This document shows, piece by piece, positions 58,659 through 64,000 of a DNA stretch of 64,000 nucleotides; the stretch's first letter is position 1; every line of letters starts with the position of its first letter. Origin of the DNA: a virus; the IMG/VR virus record IMGVR_UViG_3300011102_000062; one strand, 5' to 3'. The translations under genes and the position numbers were made by a program. The notes beneath the pieces were generated by a model, which was not told where the DNA came from, did no database searches, and saw only the letters and a list, made by a program, of their open reading frames with translations.

Positions 58659-58664
58659 ATTGTT

Positions 58665-58739
58665 TGGCAGCCTCTACTGGATTTGCACCAGTACCGCAAG
58701 GAGTCAGAGTCCTGCATCCTGCTGTTAGAACAAGAGGCA
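58665..58739 (-). tRNA. tRNA-Gln(CTG)
   Basis: loop CTCTGAC. Confidence 0.8.
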
Positions 58740-58745
58740 TCAAAT

Positions 58746-58821
58746 TGGCAGCGGCTATTGGAATCGAACCAATCTCGACTCAGGTTCAAAGCCTGACGCA
58801 TTCCCAGAATACTAAGCCGCA
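58746..58821 (-). tRNA. tRNA-Gln(TTG)
   Basis: loop CTTTGAA. Confidence 0.8.
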
Positions 58822-58976
58822 TCAAATAAGTCCCGGTGACCAGTATCCGGGTCCAGTCCAAGCTGCAAGCCTTACTGGAGGTTTGCTCAGCGGGTGGAAT
58901 ACGTTCCACCTTGAGTAGGCGTGTCGTATCGCCTCACGTAGTCGGCATTACTTGCAGATAGCCGACAAATACTAAT

Positions 58977-59051
58977 TGGTAGGACCAGAGAATTACGATA
59001 TCTCGCCCTTCTGGTTAAAAGCCAGCTGCTCTGCCTCTGAGCTATGGTCCT
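58977..59051 (-). tRNA. tRNA-Lys(TTT)
   Basis: loop CTTTTAA. Confidence 0.85.
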
Positions 59052-59117
59052 AAAGGAGAAGGTAATCCTTCTCCGGGAGAATCCTACCCCAGAGATGGCT
59101 CTGGATCAGATTCTAAT

Positions 59118-59194
59118 TGGTTGGTCCGGTCGGCCACGATCCGACACCATTCCGGTTAAGAGCCGGGAGCTCTACCCTCTTGAGCTACAGACCA
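59118..59194 (-). tRNA. tRNA-Lys(CTT)
   Basis: loop CTCTTAA. Confidence 0.85.
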
Positions 59195-59197
59195 ATT

Positions 59198-59283
59198 TGG
59201 TGGACGGTCTAGGTAACGATCCTAGCGGGCCATAAGGCAACCGGGTTACAGCCGGTCCAATCTCCTTAGTTGTCTACCCGTCC
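59198..59283 (-). tRNA. tRNA-Tyr(GTA)
   Basis: loop CTGTAAC, variable arm. Confidence 0.85.
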
Positions 59284-59288
59284 ATTAT

Positions 59289-59363
59289 TGGGGTATCGTA
59301 CAGGGTACGCTCCTGTCCTTCCTCCTTCACAGGGAGGCGTGCTTCTACTACACTAAAGACACC
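59289..59363 (-). tRNA. tRNA-His(GTG)
   Basis: loop CTGTGAA. Confidence 0.8.
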
Positions 59364-59368
59364 GTAGT

Positions 59369-59443
59369 TGGTATTCCGCCCGGGTTTTGCTCCCGGCTTA
59401 CTCGCTTGAGAGGCGAGTCGTCACACTAGCCACGCCACGGAAT
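59369..59443 (-). tRNA. tRNA-Glu(CTC)
   Basis: loop CTCTCAA. Confidence 0.75.
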
Positions 59444-59512
59444 ATTTAGTTCGCTGGGCCAACGGTCGGGCTCTCCCCCAGTAAGATGGCATTATAAACC
59501 AACCAGCGAATA

Positions 59513-59587
59513 TGGCACACTACCAGAGATTCGAACTCTGCTCAAAGGCTTGAAAGACCCCTCGCCACACCAGCAGCGTCGTAGTGC
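59513..59587 (-). tRNA. tRNA-Glu(TTC)
   Basis: loop CTTTCAA, GTTCGA. Confidence 0.75.
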
Positions 59588-59593
59588 ATTGTT

Positions 59594-59667
59594 TGGCGGT
59601 CTATCCGAGACTCGAACTCGGTGCCCAATCTAGACAGGATCGGATGTTACCCATACACCAAAAGACC
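59594..59667 (-). tRNA. tRNA-Asp(GTC)
   Basis: loop CTGTCTA. Confidence 0.8.
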
Positions 59668-59674
59668 GTTTGTT

Positions 59675-59750
59675 TGGTCCATCTCCGTGGTTCCGCCCCA
59701 CGCCTTGCTGTTCTTCAGACAGCCACTTCCACTAGGTTAGTTTGAGATGG
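59675..59750 (-). tRNA. tRNA-Phe(GAA)
   Basis: loop CTGAAGA. Confidence 0.75.
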
Positions 59751-59751
59751 A

Positions 59752-59826
59752 TGGTAGTTCGTGACAGGATTGCACTGCCGACCCGATCCTTGTAAGGGAC
59801 CTGCTCTACTACTGAGCTAACGAACC
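59752..59826 (-). tRNA. tRNA-Val(TAC)
   Basis: loop CTTACAA. Confidence 0.8.
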
Positions 59827-59831
59827 GTTGT

Positions 59832-59906
59832 TGGTGGAGCATCCGAGAATCGCACTCGGCAGGCCAGAATCTTGCAAGGATTCTCCGGGTTCCTAGCCCA
59901 TACCCC
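59832..59906 (-). tRNA. tRNA-Ala(TGC)
   Basis: loop CTTGCAA; G3-U70 pair. Confidence 0.85.
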
Positions 59907-59940
59907 ATTATTCGAGGAGCCTCCTTGGCTCCGACCTCAT

Positions 59941-60014
59941 TGGTTGCTGTACATGGACTCGAACCACGATAGGACGCTAATCAGGCGTCTGCCTTACCAT
60001 TAGACGATACAGCA
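59941..60014 (-). tRNA. tRNA-Ile(GAT)
   Basis: loop CTGATTA. Confidence 0.8.
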
Positions 60015-60019
60015 ATAAT

Positions 60020-60094
60020 TGGTGCTCCCTCAAAGACTTGCACTCTGTACGGTTGCTTACAAGGCAACTGCCTCACTACGTTGGCCTAAGGAGC
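60020..60094 (-). tRNA. tRNA-Thr(TGT)
   Basis: loop CTTGTAA. Confidence 0.8.
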
Positions 60095-60098
60095 ATGT

Positions 60099-60172
60099 TG
60101 GTAGCGCAGGCCGGAGTCGCACCGGCAACTTAGGCTTATGAGGCCCTCATGATTCTGTTTCACCACCGCGCT
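60099..60172 (-). tRNA. tRNA-Met(CAT)
   Basis: loop CTCATAA. Confidence 0.8.
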
Positions 60173-60179
60173 GTAGTTG

Positions 60180-60628
60180 GAGAGCCATGTCGGATCATTT
60201 ACCTGTTCTAAGATATTGATCCCTACGACGTTTGATTCTGGCGTCTTTGTCCTGCTTTGCTCTCCATTCTCTATTTTGAGAAGCTTTAGCTTGCAACCAC
60301 TCCTCTTTAGAATAATACTTCTTATTAGGAGTTCTGGCTGCCTTTACATTACAACTGTGGTGGCTGAAATCAATATTGTCCAAATCGAAGAACAGCCCTA
60401 CAGGATCGTCTGAATCCAACCACGGGGTCTTATGCTCAATGGAGAATGTTTCTCTTGTTAAAGGTCCACCACATCTAAAACAGTTAGGGTGCTTCTCTTT
60501 AACAAACTTAAACAATAAATCTTTTACAAGCCTACCACTTGCTGTGCTAGGATTCATTCCTAGCTGGTTCTGCTTTTTCATCGACTACTCCTTGAGTGTC
60601 TGATTTCAGGATGAGAGCCATGTCGGAT
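60180..60628. repeat. 16-bp direct repeat GAGAGCCATGTCGGAT (60180..60195 and 60613..60628) flanking HNH gene
   Basis: exact duplication of the tRNA-Gly 3' end. Confidence 0.85.
60195..60581 (-). CDS. HNH endonuclease inserted in tRNA array
   Basis: CFRC...FSIEH...NIDFSHHSCN; AAGGAG RBS. Confidence 0.8.
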   Translation of the reverse strand: MKKQNQLGMNPSTASGRLVKDLLFKFVKEKHPNCFRCGGPLTRETFSIEHKTPWLDSDDPVGLFFDLDNIDFSHHSCNVKAARTPNKKYYSKEEWLQAKASQNREWRAKQDKDARIKRRRDQYLRTGK

Positions 60629-60687
60629 TCGAACCGACACCATACGGTTTGGAAGACCGATATGCTACCGTTAAACACCAATAGCTC
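60613..60687 (-). tRNA. tRNA-Gly(TCC), encoded CCA incomplete
   Basis: loop CTTCCAA, GTTCGA. Confidence 0.8.
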
Positions 60688-60701
60688 ACAAACTTTGAAT
60701 T

Positions 60702-60778
60702 TGGTCCGTAGTGAAGGATTTGAACCCTCGGCCACTCGCTCCCAAAGCGAGCGCTCTACCAAACTGAGCTAACCACGG
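60702..60778 (-). tRNA. tRNA-Pro(TGG)
   Basis: loop TTTGGGA. Confidence 0.9.
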
Positions 60779-60787
60779 AAAGTTAAG

Positions 60788-60816
60788 ATTATAAGGGAAA
60801 GGCCCTTGGCTGTCAA
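60788..60816 (-). promoter_or_regulatory. consensus sigma70 promoter for tRNA array
   Basis: TTGACA-17 nt-TATAAT. Confidence 0.9.
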
Positions 60817-60832
60817 GGGCCTCCCCGTGGGG

Positions 60833-62131
60833 TTACATCTGCTCTATCTCATGAATGTACTTTAGCACATTCTCTGAGAAGCCGTCAATCCTTGTCCACC
60901 CCTTGTCATACCCAACTCCGTTCTTGTAAGAAGCAACGTTAATCATGTACGACTTGGCGAACTTCGGTGCAGGCACAGGACGCCATGTAGTGTCCTGCTC
61001 GTCTGTGATGACGATGAGCCTATCAAATTGATTGGCAACGGCATTCGCCATTTCCACAGTTCCTGACAGGTTCGTACCACCAGACTTAGTGCGCTTGATC
61101 GCGTCTACTCCGGCCATGCCCTTACGGGCTGGAACCTTTGTGACGCCATCAGCGAACGCCCACACTTCTACATCATCAGATGGAACAATTGACGCCAGAG
61201 TAGCAGCCGCGTCGATACGAGTCAAATCTGACTTGCCCGACAATCGGCAGTGCATGGAACCTGAGTTATCCACCAACACAAGAGTACGACCCTCAAGCCT
61301 TGGCAACTCAGCAAGGCCCGCAATTAGCGCCTTGTCCAGCTCTGGTTCAAACTCTGGAGCATGTCGTGCTGCGGCTGTGAAGCGGAATGGCAGCACCTTC
61401 TCTGCGCCCTTACGGGCTAGGAGGGCAGCCTTCACCAATCCACGGTCCACACCAGCCTGAGACATATTGCGAAGGTTGCGAAGCAGGGCTAGATAGCCTA
61501 GCTTCCCTTCCTTCAGCAGACGTTCGAAGGTTGCCTTCTTGTCAGCACCAGCAGACAAGGCCACTTCCCAAGTATCAGGAGCAGGCAATGTGTTAGCTGC
61601 CAGCTGGTCAAACAGCTCCTGCTGCTCCTTGTCCTTGGCCTTTGGATGCACAAGAAACAAAACGTCACGCAGCTTCACTGCGCTGTTTCGGTTGTACTTC
61701 GCCAGAGAGTAGGCGTTGAACTTCGTGAAAGCCTTGGCTAGACCCTTCTTCATCTGAGAAGAAAGGGGCTTCTTTCCGTTCTTCCAATAAAGCGCCACCA
61801 GCTCTGCCAACTCATCGGCTCGCTGGACAATCTTCTCGATTGTGCCAGCCACAAGCCCCGGCTTACCGGCTCCATGCTTTGCCAGCTGTGTCGCCAGCAG
61901 TAGGGGAACATGGCGCAGGTTGTGCTTATTACGAGCCTCAACCGCTATTTCGGCCAGCTGCTCAGGGCTCACCTTCGCAGACAGCTCTACAATCCTGTCA
62001 GCAATACTCTTGCCGTTCTCATAGAACTGGTCCTCCCATAGGAGGTTTGCCATCACGGCACGGCGAAGCTGCTGAACATCGTTTCCTGCGGCAGCCTTCT
62101 GGCTGAGCTGAGCTTTTGTGTTAACCTTCAT
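60833..62131 (-). CDS. rsr: Ro60/TROVE domain RNA-binding protein with vWA domain
   Basis: LWEDQFYE, LRHVPL, QRADEL, LAKYNR, PDTWEVALS, ALLRNLRN, LPFRF; DNSGSM MIDAS, GGT, ITDEQ. Confidence 0.92.
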   Translation of the reverse strand: MKVNTKAQLSQKAAAGNDVQQLRRAVMANLLWEDQFYENGKSIADRIVELSAKVSPEQLAEIAVEARNKHNLRHVPLLLATQLAKHGAGKPGLVAGTIEKIVQRADELAELVALYWKNGKKPLSSQMKKGLAKAFTKFNAYSLAKYNRNSAVKLRDVLFLVHPKAKDKEQQELFDQLAANTLPAPDTWEVALSAGADKKATFERLLKEGKLGYLALLRNLRNMSQAGVDRGLVKAALLARKGAEKVLPFRFTAAARHAPEFEPELDKALIAGLAELPRLEGRTLVLVDNSGSMHCRLSGKSDLTRIDAAATLASIVPSDDVEVWAFADGVTKVPARKGMAGVDAIKRTKSGGTNLSGTVEMANAVANQFDRLIVITDEQDTTWRPVPAPKFAKSYMINVASYKNGVGYDKGWTRIDGFSENVLKYIHEIEQM

Positions 62132-62146
62132 TGTAAAATCCTAATA

Positions 62147-62212
62147 GGGAACAAGCGATGACAGAGATTTTTGTTATCAACCAATGATAGAAGTATCTGT
62201 CGTCTACACCAC
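62147..62212 (-). ncRNA. Y RNA-like (YrlA-type) element 1, short
   Basis: GTGGTGTAGA...TACTTC...TCGCTTGTTCCC, paired ends; directly upstream of TROVE gene. Confidence 0.65.
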
Positions 62213-62238
62213 TTTAGGAAAGCTAATAAAACATTGTT

Positions 62239-62337
62239 GGGAACAAGCGACTACGGAAATGGTAGCTGGGGGCCGCCCCACGCACGAGTCGAACGTGCTG
62301 GCCTCTTTCGAAGAGAAGTAACCGTATTCTACATCAC
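62239..62337 (-). ncRNA. Y RNA-like (YrlA-type) element 2 with T-arm
   Basis: same terminal motifs; contains GCACG-TTCGACT-CGTGC. Confidence 0.75.
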
Positions 62338-62345
62338 AACAAATC

Positions 62346-62420
62346 TGGGACGCTAGGTACGACTCGAACGTACATCTAACAGTTTTGGAGACTGTCGCTT
62401 TGCCATTAAGCTACTAACGT
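62346..62420 (-). tRNA. tRNA-Trp(CCA)
   Basis: loop CTCCAAA, GTTCGA, CCA. Confidence 0.85.
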
Positions 62421-62429
62421 GTAATAAGA

Positions 62430-62504
62430 AGGGGCTGTCAGGCGTTGCACCCGACACAGCGGCAATCAGAATAGTGCCCGCTGCCCGTTGAGTGGGAAGC
62501 CCCT
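62430..62504 (-). ncRNA. tRNA-like structure without canonical anticodon loop or CCA
   Basis: AGGGGCT/AGCCCCT acceptor-like stem, D-like, extended central and T-like arms. Confidence 0.45.
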
Positions 62505-62538
62505 AAATCTTTTTGGTTCTTAGAACCAACAGCTGCGC

Positions 62539-62567
62539 ATTATACGGACCACGCCCTCTCTTGTCAA
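62539..62567 (-). promoter_or_regulatory. consensus sigma70 promoter for tRNA-Trp/Y RNA/TROVE unit
   Basis: TTGACA-17 nt-TATAAT. Confidence 0.9.
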
Positions 62568-62580
62568 CCCCCTCCCCCTC

Positions 62581-62609
62581 TTGACAAACCTACCCTCTAT
62601 CCGTATCAT
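62581..62609 (+). promoter_or_regulatory. divergent sigma70 promoter
   Basis: TTGACA-17 nt-TATCAT. Confidence 0.8.
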
Positions 62610-62615
62610 ACGTGT

Positions 62616-63197
62616 GCGGGATTCTACGTCCCGTCCAAAGACTGTGTGATCTTGAATTAGCACAGCTGATGGGTTCTTATAACAGTATGCAGATAAAGCT
62701 CCAGAGGCTACGGTCCAGAGGGTACTAAAGCTACTTGAACCTTGAAGCAAGCTGGCCGTCTTATAACGGCCTTCGCTCAAAGAGCGTCGTGGAGACATAC
62801 AGGCTAGGACCTAAGTAGATATATCTTGCTATTACCGCCTGAGCTGGAAAGGCAGGCTAGTAATAGAAGACGACCAGTCCCGCCTTTCTTATTGGCGGGT
62901 AAAGACTGTAGCGATAAGAGAGGCCAGCAATGCTGGCATCCCACACTAGAGGAACCGGGCATAGTGGGTGCGGTGGGCTAGCCTAGAGCCAAGAGCCGGG
63001 AGTGGAATGTCACTGCGTGTACTAGCGGGGCAGGAAGCTTATGTATAGTCTAGGGCAAGTAGGCACCTCAGGGGTAACACCGAGGCAGTTTACAGCTGGG
63101 TCGCCGCTAATAGCGGAGGACTCGGGCTGTCTAACTGTGTCCTCGGGGTAACATCAAAACCAGTTTTAAACAAGCCGGCCTAACCAGCCGGCTTTTC
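62616..63197 (+). ncRNA. candidate large structured noncoding RNA
   Basis: no + strand ORF of 60 aa or more; many hairpins; bounded by promoter and terminator. Confidence 0.6.
63172..63197. terminator. terminator hairpin
   Basis: AAGCCGGC-CTAACCA-GCCGGCTTTT. Confidence 0.7.
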
Positions 63198-63830
63198 TAT
63201 GTCTACAATAAGCTGTTCTTCTGTAACAACCCCTGCCTTCATATCAGCAGCCATCTGCTGCCTCCCGTCATACACTCGTCCTAACAGCGAGTGTTCTACG
63301 TTATAAGAATATACCGTCAATGGGTACTTCCTGGTTCCATAGTAAGCACTATCCCCTTTGCCGGGGTAGCGCTTGATCTTCTTGATCGTCAAGTACTCCG
63401 GACTGTATTCCCTGAAACACTCTCCTATGTACCTGTCCCACAATACAGGGTCTATCTTCTTATAACCCCTACTCCTCAAGATGGCTCCAAAGCCAGCATT
63501 GGCTTCATATATCTTCCTGAGCCTCTTCTTCCTGTTAGCTGCCTTCTTCTTCCAGTGGCGGATACCTCTGGACTTCTTGGTATTCCTTTTCTTCTTCCTG
63601 TCCTCTATCTCCTTCAGCCTCCTTTCCTCAGCTGCACGGGTGGCAGGAGACAGCTTGGCTCTGGTAAGCAGTGAGGGAATGGCTTCCCTCGTTAAGGGCA
63701 CATCAGCCATGACCGAACCGCGCTGGCCCTCTTTCTTATAGACACGCTTATTGGCAGGATGCTCGGCCTCTTGCCTCGCCTTTTCTGCCTGCTCCACCAT
63801 GTTTGTTAATAGATCGTTCAATTCAACCAT
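63180..63830 (-). CDS. basic hypothetical protein
   Basis: 216 aa, Lys/Arg-rich middle. Confidence 0.7.
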   Translation of the reverse strand: MVELNDLLTNMVEQAEKARQEAEHPANKRVYKKEGQRGSVMADVPLTREAIPSLLTRAKLSPATRAAEERRLKEIEDRKKKRNTKKSRGIRHWKKKAANRKKRLRKIYEANAGFGAILRSRGYKKIDPVLWDRYIGECFREYSPEYLTIKKIKRYPGKGDSAYYGTRKYPLTVYSYNVEHSLLGRVYDGRQQMAADMKAGVVTEEQLIVDIEKPAG

Positions 63831-63839
63831 TTGGTTTTG

Positions 63840-63867
63840 AGTATACGAACAATCCAGCAGCTGTCAA
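63840..63867 (-). promoter_or_regulatory. sigma70-like promoter
   Basis: TTGACA-16 nt-TATACT. Confidence 0.65.
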
Positions 63868-64000
63868 GGAAACTTTACACTTCCGGGCTAAACCTGCTAA
63901 TATTGTTATATTTATCTGCCGTTCAGCATAATTCTGGAAGTCGTTCTAATTTTCGAACAAGCCATTTTGTGCTATTGGATACAAGTCTGGCTTTGCCTAA

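Noticed and set aside
57931..59235. ORF-track ORFs across the tRNA array
   Set aside because: They overlap well-formed tRNA genes and show no protein-like features.
62147..62337. Mini CRISPR array from repeated GGGAACAAGCGA
   Set aside because: Only two copies, each part of a folded element beside the TROVE gene; no cas genes.
1..64000. Genome-wide stop codon reassignment
   Set aside because: Core genes are intact in the standard code and no suppressor tRNA was found. The exonuclease TAG needs a frame change, not readthrough.

Overview
Probably a near-complete genome of a lytic, podovirus-like tailed phage; the GC-rich segments suggest a high-GC Gram-negative host (inference). It has two converging arms that meet at a bidirectional terminator near 26.6 kb. 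The + arm carries early genes, a phiEco32/LUZ24-type amidoligase/ATP-grasp/glutamine amidotransferase cluster, primase, helicase, family A polymerase, class II ribonucleotide reductase and nucleases. The - arm carries a Ro60/TROVE gene with two Y-RNA-like elements, 29 tRNAs covering all 20 amino acids, and packaging, head, tail and lysis genes. Highlights: (1) A 5'-3' exonuclease sits beside an Endo VII-type homing endonuclease. Its conserved DAD motif is interrupted by a 5-nt TAGCC insert (GCT-TAG-CC), a candidate programmed ribosomal bypass/homing cassette. (2) A roughly 570-nt ORF-free, hairpin-rich transcription unit with its own sigma70 promoter and terminator is a candidate large ncRNA. 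(3) Group I introns interrupt nrdJ (GIY-YIG) and the major capsid gene (LAGLIDADG). (4) An HNH gene is inserted into the 3' end of tRNA-Gly with a 16-bp duplication. All calls come from motif recognition by eye; no searches were run.
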